Source: a virus (lineage: Duplodnaviria; Heunggongvirae; Uroviricota; Caudoviricetes). From it: 64,000 nt of DNA. Positions 18,235 through 27,012 of this stretch are shown piece by piece. A model generated the notes under the pieces. The model had not been told where the DNA came from. It saw only the letters and a list, made by a program, of their open reading frames with translations, and did no database searches. Positions within the stretch are counted from its first letter, which is position 1. The number at the start of each line of letters is the position of its first letter. A program made the position numbers and the translations under genes. The stretch lies in the IMG/VR virus record IMGVR_UViG_3300025944_000008; one strand, given 5' to 3'.

Positions 18235-18606
18235 ATGACCTGGAATGGCAAGAAGACTCTCTGCGTCGACTTCGACGGCGTGGTTCATCTCTACGAATCG
18301 CCGTGGACTGGGATTCACGTTGTCTCGGACAAGCCGCATCCCAATGCATGGGACGCACTCGCCCAGTATGTCGAGCACTTCAACGTTTGCATCTACTCCG
18401 CTCGCTCTTCCGAACCGGCCGGCATCGAGGCGATGAAGGCGTGGTTCGTGGAGCACGGCTGCCCAGCGGAGGTCTACACCAAGCTGGAGTTCTCCTCCAC
18501 GAAGCCGATCGCTTTCGTTTATCTCGACGATCGTGCCTGGCGGTTCGAAGGCATCTTTCCCAGCGTCGAGGAGCTCAAGGACTTCAAGCCCTGGAACAAG
18601 CGCTGA
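18235..18606 (+). CDS. HAD-superfamily phosphatase (putative 5'(3')-deoxyribonucleotidase-like), 123 aa
   Basis: HAD motif I LCVDFDGVV, motif II IYSARS, motif IV FVYLDDR; AGGTGA RBS. Confidence 0.6.
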   Translation: MTWNGKKTLCVDFDGVVHLYESPWTGIHVVSDKPHPNAWDALAQYVEHFNVCIYSARSSEPAGIEAMKAWFVEHGCPAEVYTKLEFSSTKPIAFVYLDDRAWRFEGIFPSVEELKDFKPWNKR

Positions 18607-18609
18607 GCC

Positions 18610-20640
18610 ATGAGCGGCACGTGGAATCTCATCCCGAAGGCTGAGTGGATCGAGACTGACGCACAGGCCCAAGAAGCGGCTGAGTACCTTCAGCAACACG
18701 CTCGAGTGAATGGGCTGGGGACCGATACCGAGACCACGGGCACGAACCTCGTCAAGGACGTGCCGCTCCTGATGTCACTCTCGGACGGAAACCGCCGATT
18801 CGCGTTCTGGATTCAGAACCTCTTTCGCTGGAACTGGCTTCACGAAGGTGTACTCCGCAACCCAGAGATTCCGAAGGTCGGCACAAAGATCAAGTTCGAC
18901 ATGCACATGTGCGCGAACATCGGAATCCACATCGAAGGCAACCTGGAAGACACACTCGTCATGGACTGGCTCTATGATGAGAACCGCACTGGTCGACACG
19001 GCTTGAAAGAGACAGCCAAGGACCACTGCGGTCTCGTCATGAAGGACTTCAAGGAAGTCTTCCCGATGAGGAAGGCGACCAAGAAGGTGCCAGGTGAAAC
19101 TGCCGGCGACGCCATCATGCGAGTGATGGCTGACCCGGTGGAGAGTCTTCGCGGCATCGAGTACGCCGGCTTGGACGCTTGGGGCTCTGTACGAGTCAAG
19201 ATGTGGCTGAGAGAGCAGCTCAGCGCCATCATGATGTTCCCCGATCGCTCTCTCTGGCAGCACTTCTGCGACACCGAGATCCCCTTCACTCGCGTGCTCT
19301 TCAACATGGAGCGCCGAGGCATCACCACCTGCATCGGCCACCTGCGTGCTCAGTCCGCGCCGATGGACCATGACCTGCACGAGCTCGAGAAGGAGATCGT
19401 CCGCCACGTTGGCTGGCCCATCAACCCCAACTCCGCGGTTCAGCTTCGAAAGTACTTCTTCGAGCAAATGGGGTACGAGCCTCACCGATACACCGACGGT
19501 GGAGCCTCCGGCATCAAGCAACCCTCCACCGATGCCGACACGCTCATCCACTTCAAGGACACCAAGCAGTGCAAGGTGTCCTCGCTGATGATCAAGCAGC
19601 GTGAAATTGCGAAGGCTAAGAGCACCTACGTCGACGGCCTTCAGGACTGGGTCGATCGGTTCTTCCGCATCCATACGACCCTGAACCAGCACGTGACGGT
19701 CTCCGGCCGACTCTCCTCGGTCGAACCGAACCTGCAGAACATCCCCCGCCCTGACGAAGACAAGTTCAAGATCCGCGCTGCCTTCTGCGCCGCTCTCGGC
19801 TGCGTGCTGGTCATCGCCGACTACGACCAGCTCGAGATGAAGCTGATGGCCCACTTCTCCCAGGACCCGGAGATGATTGGCGCCATCCGCTCGGGCAAGG
19901 ATCTCCACTGCTACACGGTGGCCCTGATGTACGGGGAGAACTATGAGGAAGTCGCCGAGGCGAAGCACTGCAAAGAGAAGAAGATGACGCTGACGGATCG
20001 TCAGAAGCATCTCCTCCTTCTCCGCCAGGCCGCCAAGAACACCGGCTTCGGTCTCATCTACGGCATCGGTCCGATGAAGCTCGCCTCTCAGCTCGTCGAC
20101 GCGAAGGTCTTCCAGCCTCCACGGAACGAGGCCGAGCTGAAGGAGAACATCAAGAAGGCCAAAGATCTCATCAACAAGTACTTCATGGCGTTCCCCGGCG
20201 CCAAGGCCTTCATCGACGGCACCCACCAGCGGTGCATGGAGACTGAGTATGTCCAGACGCTCATGGGTCGTTTCCGCCGGCTGCCTGGCATTAACGCTAA
20301 GGGAGGTGGCGGCGTCGACGGTGAGGATGGCGGCGGTATCGCTGCTGAAGCGCGGCGGCAAGCGGTCAACACCATCATCCAGGGCACCGCTGCCGACATC
20401 GCGAAGCAGGCGATGATCGTCTCCGAGTACGACCCAGTCCTCAACAGCATCGGCGCCAAACTGCTGCTGCAGATTCACGACGAACTCATCTTCGAAGTCG
20501 AGGATGACCCGGAGAAGGTCAACACCTGCAAGAAGCGCGTGCAGGACATCATGGAGCATCCGTTTGGACCGGACTTCGAACTCTCGGTCCGACTCACCGC
20601 CGCCGCGGGCTCAGGCTACACCTGGGTCGACGCGAAGTAG
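18610..20640 (+). CDS. Family-A DNA polymerase (PolA-like) with 3'-5' proofreading exonuclease and no 5' nuclease domain, 676 aa
   Basis: Exo I GTDTETTG; motif A VIADYDQLEMKLMAHFS; motif B RQAAKNTGFGLIYGIG; motif C LLLQIHDELIFEVED. Confidence 0.9.
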   Translation: MSGTWNLIPKAEWIETDAQAQEAAEYLQQHARVNGLGTDTETTGTNLVKDVPLLMSLSDGNRRFAFWIQNLFRWNWLHEGVLRNPEIPKVGTKIKFDMHMCANIGIHIEGNLEDTLVMDWLYDENRTGRHGLKETAKDHCGLVMKDFKEVFPMRKATKKVPGETAGDAIMRVMADPVESLRGIEYAGLDAWGSVRVKMWLREQLSAIMMFPDRSLWQHFCDTEIPFTRVLFNMERRGITTCIGHLRAQSAPMDHDLHELEKEIVRHVGWPINPNSAVQLRKYFFEQMGYEPHRYTDGGASGIKQPSTDADTLIHFKDTKQCKVSSLMIKQREIAKAKSTYVDGLQDWVDRFFRIHTTLNQHVTVSGRLSSVEPNLQNIPRPDEDKFKIRAAFCAALGCVLVIADYDQLEMKLMAHFSQDPEMIGAIRSGKDLHCYTVALMYGENYEEVAEAKHCKEKKMTLTDRQKHLLLLRQAAKNTGFGLIYGIGPMKLASQLVDAKVFQPPRNEAELKENIKKAKDLINKYFMAFPGAKAFIDGTHQRCMETEYVQTLMGRFRRLPGINAKGGGGVDGEDGGGIAAEARRQAVNTIIQGTAADIAKQAMIVSEYDPVLNSIGAKLLLQIHDELIFEVEDDPEKVNTCKKRVQDIMEHPFGPDFELSVRLTAAAGSGYTWVDAK

Positions 20641-20648
20641 GAGACGAC

Positions 20649-20861
20649 ATGAAGTGCGAGATGACGGGCCGGCTCACGGCCCTGGAGAACAGCAAGGGTG
20701 GCAAGACTGCCATCACCCTCGAAGTCGAAGGGCGCGATGCTGCCGGAAGGCTCATCGAGGGTGAGCTGAAGCTTCACTGCGAAGTGCGGCTCTTGAAAGA
20801 CGTGAAGATCTCGGACTTCCTCACCGTCACCGTGGAAGCGAAGTCGAGTCCGGCCGACTGA
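20649..20861 (+). CDS. Hypothetical protein, 70 aa
   Basis: ORF immediately after polA. Confidence 0.45.
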   Translation: MKCEMTGRLTALENSKGGKTAITLEVEGRDAAGRLIEGELKLHCEVRLLKDVKISDFLTVTVEAKSSPAD

Positions 20862-20872
20862 AGGAGGATAGA

Positions 20873-21037
20873 ATGGACAAGTACGGCGTCGATACTAGCA
20901 AGAACGACGGAGAGAAGACGGCAGCGGAAGGGAGCAAGTGCCCCATCTGCGGCGCCGATCTCGATCCCAACTCTCCCACCCCGAAGTGCCCAACTCACGG
21001 CACCGCCCCATTCGAGGGCGGAGACCAGGTGGCGTAA
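20873..21037 (+). CDS. Small zinc-ribbon protein, 54 aa (CPICG…CPTHG)
   Basis: Perfect SD AAGGAGGA before the ATG at 20873. Stop overlaps the recA-like ATG (TAATG). Missed by the ORF track because it is under 60 aa. Confidence 0.5.
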   Translation: MDKYGVDTSKNDGEKTAAEGSKCPICGADLDPNSPTPKCPTHGTAPFEGGDQVA

Positions 21038-22323
21038 TGGCGTCCGCAGCCAAAGAGAAAGCCAAGAAGGAGAAGAAGGAAGAGAAGGAGGAGGCGAGAG
21101 CCAAAGCTCCGCTCAAGCCGAAGGCTCCGAAGAATGTGCCGCTATCCCGCAAGGAGCGCATCCTTCTCTTGCAGGCGACCCTCAACAAGGCCTTCGAGGG
21201 GAAGGGTGCCGTTCTCTGCGGCGACGAGATCTCCAACGTCTTTGGCCTGCGCCGCCCCACTGGCATCATCGACCTGGACATCTCCATCGGTGGGGGTTGG
21301 CCCGCCGGCGGTCTATCTCAAATCATCGGTGAGGACAACTCGGGAAAGTCCTACCTGGCGAATAGGACCATAGCTGAAGCGCAGAACACCTACGGAGACG
21401 ATGCCGCAATCTCCGTCTGCATGACCGAGCAGAAGTACGACAAGGCCTTCGCGAAGTGGAAGTGCGGCATGCACATCGCGATGTCGAAGATGGAGATCGA
21501 CATCATCGAGCAGTCTCGCGCTCGACACGGGCTACCTCCGCTCGACCAGCAAACCCTGGACTGGCTCCGGTTCCAGAAGGGCCACTTCCAGGAATCCATC
21601 TTTCAGACGGCAGAGCAGCTCTTGGAGGCAGCCGTCCAGCAGGTGGAATCGAACCTCTTCCAGATTGTCCTCATCGACTCTTTCGGTGCGCTTCTCACGG
21701 CAGCCGAGGCAGAGGCCGAGGGTGGTCTCGAAGATCGGCACTACGGCGGTGCGTCGGGCGTCATCACGTCGTTCATGCATCGACTCCACGCCGCTCTCAA
21801 CCTGCCTGACCAGTATGGGCGCCCGAACACCACGACTGTTCTCGGCATCAACCAGTATCGCGAGAACCTCAAGGCTTCAGGTCCGTACGCCAACCCTCTT
21901 CAAATCGCCGGTGGTCGCGCCCTCAAACACGGCAAGCTGGTCGACGTGCTCCTGAAGAAGGGGGCGAAGATCAAGGAGGGGAAGTACCCCAACGAGATCA
22001 TCCACGGCAAGGTCATCAACTGGAGCGTCCTCAAGGGCAAGGCTGGCTGCCACGACGGAGGAGAGGGCGAGTACCGCTTCTACTACGGCGAGAATGGCTA
22101 CGGCTTCGGCGCAGACGTCTACCACAACCTCCTGATGTGCGGCGTCAAGACGGGGGTCATCGAGGCTAGCGGTGCCTGGTACGGCTTCCAAGGTACCGCC
22201 ATCTGCAATGGCCAAGACAACGCAGCCGCTGCGTTCATGACCAATCCGACGCTGTTGGAGGCGGTCCGGCAGGCGATCTTCGCCAAGGTCGGTCTCAATT
22301 TCATCACGAAGGAGACGTTCTAG
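21037..22323 (+). CDS. RecA/UvsX-like recombinase, about 428 aa
   Basis: GGGWPAGGLSQIIGEDNSGKSYLA (Walker A region) and VLIDSFGALL (Walker B). N-terminal Lys/Glu-rich tail. The longer ORF-track start at 20938 overlaps the zinc-ribbon gene. Confidence 0.75.
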   Translation: MASAAKEKAKKEKKEEKEEARAKAPLKPKAPKNVPLSRKERILLLQATLNKAFEGKGAVLCGDEISNVFGLRRPTGIIDLDISIGGGWPAGGLSQIIGEDNSGKSYLANRTIAEAQNTYGDDAAISVCMTEQKYDKAFAKWKCGMHIAMSKMEIDIIEQSRARHGLPPLDQQTLDWLRFQKGHFQESIFQTAEQLLEAAVQQVESNLFQIVLIDSFGALLTAAEAEAEGGLEDRHYGGASGVITSFMHRLHAALNLPDQYGRPNTTTVLGINQYRENLKASGPYANPLQIAGGRALKHGKLVDVLLKKGAKIKEGKYPNEIIHGKVINWSVLKGKAGCHDGGEGEYRFYYGENGYGFGADVYHNLLMCGVKTGVIEASGAWYGFQGTAICNGQDNAAAAFMTNPTLLEAVRQAIFAKVGLNFITKETF

Positions 22324-22331
22324 GAGGAAGC

Positions 22332-22553
22332 ATGTCGTTCTGCGAAGACACCACTTGGCAGAAGGACCACAGCGATCCAAAGGATCCCGTCCACAAGCAT
22401 GAGGACGGCACGTGGTGGTTCTTCGACGAGACTTGGGCATACGAGCACGGGCCATTCGACTCCGAGGCGCAGGCGAACGAGTACCTCAACAAGTACGTCG
22501 AAGCCTTCTGCCTCTCGAATAGCCAAATCATGACGCGGATGGAAAAGGGATGA
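22332..22553 (+). CDS. Hypothetical protein, 73 aa
   Basis: ORF with G/C-rich third positions. Confidence 0.45.
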   Translation: MSFCEDTTWQKDHSDPKDPVHKHEDGTWWFFDETWAYEHGPFDSEAQANEYLNKYVEAFCLSNSQIMTRMEKG

Positions 22554-22719
22554 TGGCACTAGTGCTTTGTCTGAACGCGCTCTTCTTTCTCTTCATGGGC
22601 CTGTTCTTCAAGGCGGATACGCTCTTGAACATCAGCATGAAGTTCATCTGCTGCGCACTCTTCGTGGGGAACATGTTCATCATCCTCAAAGAGTCCGGCT
22701 ACATAGTGAAGGTGCATTG
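22552..22719 (+). CDS. Small hydrophobic (membrane) protein, 55 aa (MALVLCLNALFFLFMGLFFK…)
   Basis: This frame has G/C-rich third positions. The overlapping N-terminal part of ORF-track ORF 22567..23244 has A/T-rich third positions. TGATG coupling at both ends. Confidence 0.45.
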
Positions 22720-23244
22720 ATGGACGCCCGCACGTCGAAGCGACAGAAGAGAGTCAGCAGGAAGCAAGAAGAGAGGATGGCCGAAGATCTCGGTGGTCGA
22801 GCTCAGCCAGCATCCGGCGCTCTCCCTGGGGCGAAGGGCGACGTGCGGAAGTTTGGCGTGGTGCGAGCCGAGGCGAAGTACACCGCCAAGAGCTCGTACA
22901 TCCTCAAGCTATCGGACCTGGACAAGATCATCGGCGAGGCAGGGCTGGACAATGCAGTCCTCCAGCTCTGCTTCGTCGATCGCGCCAATCGCCCAGTCGC
23001 TGAGTTTGCCATCTATCCAATGGCCGACACTAAGACGCAGCTCACGTTCCAACAAGCCGCCGATCTACAGACATTTTCGGCTCGGACAACCATCGACCGA
23101 GACCGCACGATCCTCAAGCTCATGAAGAAGAACATATACATCGTCTTCTCCAAACGACAGATCGACGGCTCAACGCACCATAGGTGGTTTTGTCTGCATT
23201 ACTGGAAGGACTACCTGAAGACGTTGGAGGGGGCCAATGCTTGA
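22720..23244 (+). CDS. Hjc/archaeal-type Holliday-junction-resolvase-like PD-(D/E)xK nuclease, about 174 aa
   Basis: E-R…SGA…GDV…VRAEAKYT pattern aligns to Hjc (ERELIKLL…SAGSKKVDL…IEVK). GTGAAGGTG RBS before the ATG at 22720. Confidence 0.5.
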   Translation: MDARTSKRQKRVSRKQEERMAEDLGGRAQPASGALPGAKGDVRKFGVVRAEAKYTAKSSYILKLSDLDKIIGEAGLDNAVLQLCFVDRANRPVAEFAIYPMADTKTQLTFQQAADLQTFSARTTIDRDRTILKLMKKNIYIVFSKRQIDGSTHHRWFCLHYWKDYLKTLEGANA

Positions 23245-24136
23245 GATCATGACCATCAGGGACTTCATGTCTCTCCCCGTGCAGCAGCGGGAGGAGATCT
23301 TGAAGGCCCTGCGAGTCAGAGATCGGCTCGACCGCTGGCTCGACAGCCTCAACACGAAGAGGCCAACGCTCATCCAACCGGAGTGGAAGCAGTGCAAAGG
23401 CTGCAGCGACGGCGAGTATCCCGGCTGGGTTCTCCACACGCCTCGCAACGATTCCGACATTCACCCGTCGCAGGTGAACAAGTGCATCAAGAAGCTCTGG
23501 TTCGACTGCGCCGGCTATGCGCCCTATGCGGAGGACAACGTCGACCCGCGCGTTCGCCGCATCTTCGATCTCGGGCACGCCTGGCACCACACCATCCAGA
23601 GTTACGGCAAGTCCGGGGCCTGGGGGCCGAGAGAGCACTACCATGATGAAGTGCCCATCGATCCCGACGCGCTCGACGAACAAGGTCGGCCGATCCTCCC
23701 AGTCGCCAACAATCTCTGGATTCGGGGCTCGGCTGACGCCATCATCGACCGCTACGTCATCCCGGCTGTTCCTACGCTTGGTGATGTTGCGGTGCGAATG
23801 GTCCACGAGTACAAGACCATCAACTCCAACGGCTACACGAACCTGAAGAGGCCGAAGCCGGAGCACAAGTGGCAGGCGATGATTTATGCGGCCGTCTTCG
23901 ACGTCCCGCTCGTCGTCTATCTCTACCTGAACAAAGACACCTGCGCTCAGATCGACTACCCCGTTCCCTTCGACTTCGCCCTCTGGCAGCAGATCGAGCA
24001 GAAACTGCAGACGGTGAAGTACTACATCGAGAACGACCAGCTCCCTCCTTGGGAGATCACCTCGGCAGTGAACAACACGAGCGAGTGCAGGGAGTGCGGC
24101 TACCTCAAGCTCTGCGGCCCCAACCTGAGGAGATAA
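23237..24136 (+). CDS. Cas4/RecB-family PD-(D/E)xK exonuclease with Fe-S cysteines, 299 aa
   Basis: D…E-x-K core (IRGSADAII … VHEYKT), N-terminal CKGC and C-terminal CRECGYLKLCG as in Cas4 / lambda-exo-like nucleases. Confidence 0.7.
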   Translation: MLEIMTIRDFMSLPVQQREEILKALRVRDRLDRWLDSLNTKRPTLIQPEWKQCKGCSDGEYPGWVLHTPRNDSDIHPSQVNKCIKKLWFDCAGYAPYAEDNVDPRVRRIFDLGHAWHHTIQSYGKSGAWGPREHYHDEVPIDPDALDEQGRPILPVANNLWIRGSADAIIDRYVIPAVPTLGDVAVRMVHEYKTINSNGYTNLKRPKPEHKWQAMIYAAVFDVPLVVYLYLNKDTCAQIDYPVPFDFALWQQIEQKLQTVKYYIENDQLPPWEITSAVNNTSECRECGYLKLCGPNLRR

Positions 24137-24137
24137 C

Positions 24138-24740
24138 GTGCAAGGATTTCAGAATCTCCAAACCGACATCTCCTTCGAGGAGGCGTCGAGGATGTTCAAC
24201 GCGGTGCCCATGAAGGTCCAGACCATGCTGCTGCAGAAGGGCTTTGGTGGCGCCCCGAACCCACCCCAAGTCCAAGACCAAGCCACTGGTCAGACGGTGC
24301 CGTTCAATGGCAGGATCCCAACTGACCTGACGGCCCTCAATGACGATTGGCTCGGCTACTATCTCGGTTTGCTCTCTGGCTGGATGGACTACGTCCAGCA
24401 GCAGCTCGCTGAGGCACACTCTTCGATGCGGATCGCGAACGAGAAGCTCGAGTTCGTCAACGCGCACCTCCTCATGATTCACAAGAAGGATGGTGAGAAG
24501 AAGAGACCGGAGCCGGAGCGAAAGGCGATGGTGCTCATCGACCGGCGCTACGTCGAAGCGCAGGCAGAGGCCATCTATCACGAGACGTACTATCGCCACG
24601 TGAAAGCAATCGCCGAGACAGCGGAACAGAGCTACTCGGCCGTCTCTCGCCGCATCAGCCAGCGTCAGCAAGACATCGAGCGGCAGAAGCGCCAGACTAC
24701 TGTGGGCAACGTCAGTGGCCCGCTCTTTCATCGCCCCTAG
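24138..24740 (+). CDS. Hypothetical coiled-coil protein, 200 aa (GTG start)
   Basis: GTG at 24138 with GAGGAG 6 nt upstream. Between the nuclease and kinase genes. Confidence 0.45.
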   Translation: MQGFQNLQTDISFEEASRMFNAVPMKVQTMLLQKGFGGAPNPPQVQDQATGQTVPFNGRIPTDLTALNDDWLGYYLGLLSGWMDYVQQQLAEAHSSMRIANEKLEFVNAHLLMIHKKDGEKKRPEPERKAMVLIDRRYVEAQAEAIYHETYYRHVKAIAETAEQSYSAVSRRISQRQQDIERQKRQTTVGNVSGPLFHRP

Positions 24741-24749
24741 GAGAAGACC

Positions 24750-25532
24750 ATGCTCTTGACCGTCAACGGCGAAGCTGACAACGGAAAGGACTACGTCGCC
24801 GACTGGTGCGCCCAGCGACTTGGTCTCGTGAAGATCGCCTTCGCCGATCCAATGAAGCGCTTCGTCCGCCAGCTCTTCGGCGTGCCCTTCGACAACCTCT
24901 GGGGGCCATCGAGCAAGAGGGAGGAGACGCTCGACGCGGTGCCACTTTGGGCCACGGCCTGGGCGCAGATGCACATCCTGCATCAGTTCACCGCTCGAGT
25001 GGTTCCCGAGAGCCTGGGCCCGGACGTTCGCGCCAGAGCGTTCGACGGGCTGCATCGATGGTTCACCCAGCTTCAGAAGCAGTACCCGGAGAAGATCTCC
25101 GCTCGCATCATCCTACAGACGCTCGGCACGGAGTGGGGACGAGAGGTCTACCCGGACATGTGGGTGGACTATTTGTTCGACGTCCAGCTCCCTCTTCTCG
25201 CCCAGGGATACGTGTACGAAGCCGATCTTGGAGTTCGAACCAACATCGAGCCTGGGACGCCGAAGAATGGCATCGTCATTCCCGACCAGCGCTTCATCAA
25301 CGAGCTCGACAAGTCGGAGGCCCGCGGAGGCTACTCACTCAGGACGAGACGACTCTCTCGAGTGAAGCAGGACAACTCCAATGTCGGGCTGCAAGGGCAC
25401 CGCAGTGAGCAGGAGCAGCGAGGTATCCCCGACTCTCGCTTCAGCAAGGTCTTCAACTTCCCCGAGGGCTTGGACATCGTCAACAAGATGCTCGAGGACT
25501 GGGCCGTCGGGTTTGCCGGGAACATGCCCTGA
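24750..25532 (+). CDS. Deoxynucleoside monophosphate kinase (T4 gp1-like), 260 aa
   Basis: VNGEADNGKDYVADW aligns with T4 gp1 LSGVKRSGKDTTADF; IVIPDQRFINE aligns with YIVPDTRQDHE; LQTLGTEWGREVYPDMWVDYLF aligns with MQALGTD…MYWVKLF. Confidence 0.75.
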   Translation: MLLTVNGEADNGKDYVADWCAQRLGLVKIAFADPMKRFVRQLFGVPFDNLWGPSSKREETLDAVPLWATAWAQMHILHQFTARVVPESLGPDVRARAFDGLHRWFTQLQKQYPEKISARIILQTLGTEWGREVYPDMWVDYLFDVQLPLLAQGYVYEADLGVRTNIEPGTPKNGIVIPDQRFINELDKSEARGGYSLRTRRLSRVKQDNSNVGLQGHRSEQEQRGIPDSRFSKVFNFPEGLDIVNKMLEDWAVGFAGNMP

Positions 25533-26044
25533 TGCTCACTCTACCGACGCCTCCAGAGTACACGCCACCTGACGGGCTGCAGATCGTCATCCCTTTCCTG
25601 CCGCCGAGCTCGAACCACATCTACGTCAACGGCAGAGGCGGTCGGGGCAGGTTTCTGAGCAAAGACGCCGAGGCTTGGAAGAATCGCTTCACGCAGCAGG
25701 TGGCAGCACCGTACATGATGCAGATTCAGTCCTTCTGCAAGACGATCGACAACGACCCGAACTCGATCCTCGAGATGTGGATGACGTTCTTCTTCGACAA
25801 CGAAGATCTCCTAAACACCACGTTCGGCAAGGCCGTCAAGAACCCAGCGAAAACACGGTACAAGAAGATGGATGTACAAAACCGTATCAAGCTGGTGACG
25901 GACGCAGTATTCAAAGCCCTGGCCCTCGACGACTCGCTGAACTTTCGTGAGATCCACGATAAGTGCAGCGCCGATCTTGTTGGAGGCCACAGCGGGATCT
26001 GCATCCGTCTGAAGAAGGCTCATCCCGCAACATTTGGCGTCTAG
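25532..26044 (+). CDS. rusA: RusA-family Holliday junction resolvase, 170 aa
   Basis: Hallmark VIPFLPPSSNHIY…GRGRF (compare RusA LPWPPSNNRYY…RGR) and downstream aspartates (VTDAVFKALALDD). Confidence 0.7.
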   Translation: MLTLPTPPEYTPPDGLQIVIPFLPPSSNHIYVNGRGGRGRFLSKDAEAWKNRFTQQVAAPYMMQIQSFCKTIDNDPNSILEMWMTFFFDNEDLLNTTFGKAVKNPAKTRYKKMDVQNRIKLVTDAVFKALALDDSLNFREIHDKCSADLVGGHSGICIRLKKAHPATFGV

Positions 26045-26054
26045 GAGGTGCTCG

Positions 26055-26474
26055 ATGTCCCACGGGCACGACCATAAAGAGTACAAGCGTGTCTTCGGGG
26101 ACGTCGAGCGAGGATCTCGCGGACTCCTAGTACTGTGCGATGGCGATGCTCCCAAATCCGGCACGGAGGTTCATCAGCAGGTTCGGGCTGTTTGTTTAGG
26201 GCGCCCGCTACCTGCCTGTGAAAGCTGCGAGCACGGAAACTTCACCGTGAAGTTCCAGAACAACATCGGCGGGCAGATGGTTGCCTGCCCCCGCTGGAAG
26301 TCGATAAGCGACAGAATCGACAAGAAGATCCCGCAATACGAGATGGTTCGACGGGAGCAGTGCCTACTCGTTTCCCCGTACGAGTACTGCAGCAGTTGCC
26401 CCAACAGGAACATCCAGAAAACTCCCAGGACCGAACCGGGCTGGTGGGAGGAAGAGAAATGGAAGGACAGATAG
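26055..26474 (+). CDS. Cys-rich hypothetical protein, 139 aa
   Basis: TAGGAGGTG RBS before the ATG at 26055; multiple CxxC pairs (CESCEH, CSSCPN). Confidence 0.45.
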   Translation: MSHGHDHKEYKRVFGDVERGSRGLLVLCDGDAPKSGTEVHQQVRAVCLGRPLPACESCEHGNFTVKFQNNIGGQMVACPRWKSISDRIDKKIPQYEMVRREQCLLVSPYEYCSSCPNRNIQKTPRTEPGWWEEEKWKDR

Positions 26475-26803
26475 ATCTGCAGGACCTGAACGACACCGAA
26501 CTCTGGGAGCTTGCCCGTCTCGAGCTCTCTTCGGCTTGGAGTCGTCCAATGCGCCTCAAGCGGTCCGTGCCACGGGAGACCGTCATCTACTTCATAGAGA
26601 CTGGCAATCCTCCTGATGACAGCTTTCTGTACATGGAGTCGAGAGCGGAGCTTCAGGATTGGATTCTCAAGAACTGGATGATGGTGAACTCCCAGCTTCC
26701 CTGCAGCGGTCCGCAGAAGGGGCACTGCACGGTCTACGCATGCCCCGAGGGGAGACACCTCACTTGCTACATGAACGCCAAGCCGCACTTCGCGCTGAAA
26801 TGA
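26459..26803 (+). CDS. Hypothetical protein, 114 aa
   Basis: GGAGG RBS before the ATG at 26459. The ORF-track N-terminal extension from 26360 is unsupported. Confidence 0.45.
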   Translation: MEGQIDLQDLNDTELWELARLELSSAWSRPMRLKRSVPRETVIYFIETGNPPDDSFLYMESRAELQDWILKNWMMVNSQLPCSGPQKGHCTVYACPEGRHLTCYMNAKPHFALK

Positions 26804-27012
26804 TTCAGCCGGCGTGTGTCAACTGCAAGCAGCTCGGCGACTGCACCAAGGTCGACGAGCAGAAGCTCATGACCAATTACATGTGTGGGGACTGGAAGGA
26901 GGCCCACGAAGCAGCAGTGGCAGCGAGACAGCAGATCTTGTATAAGTTCGGCTCCGCCGGTGCGCGTGTTCTTGTGAACAGGCCGCCGGATCTCGACACG
27001 AAGGGGGAGTAG
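26800..27012 (+). CDS. Small Cys4 protein, 70 aa (CVNCKQLGDC…C)
   Basis: ATGA overlap with the upstream gene. The ORF-track start at 26659 has no support. Confidence 0.4.
   Translation: MIQPACVNCKQLGDCTKVDEQKLMTNYMCGDWKEAHEAAVAARQQILYKFGSAGARVLVNRPPDLDTKGE

Noticed and set aside
20938-21036. Upstream extension of the recA-like ORF (MPHLRRRSRS…)
   Set aside because: It overlaps the small zinc-ribbon gene that has a perfect SD. The ATG at 21037 is coupled to that gene's stop.
22567-22719. N-terminal extension of the resolvase-like ORF (MSERALLSLHGP…)
   Set aside because: A/T-rich third positions; the overlapping frame encodes a plausible small membrane protein.
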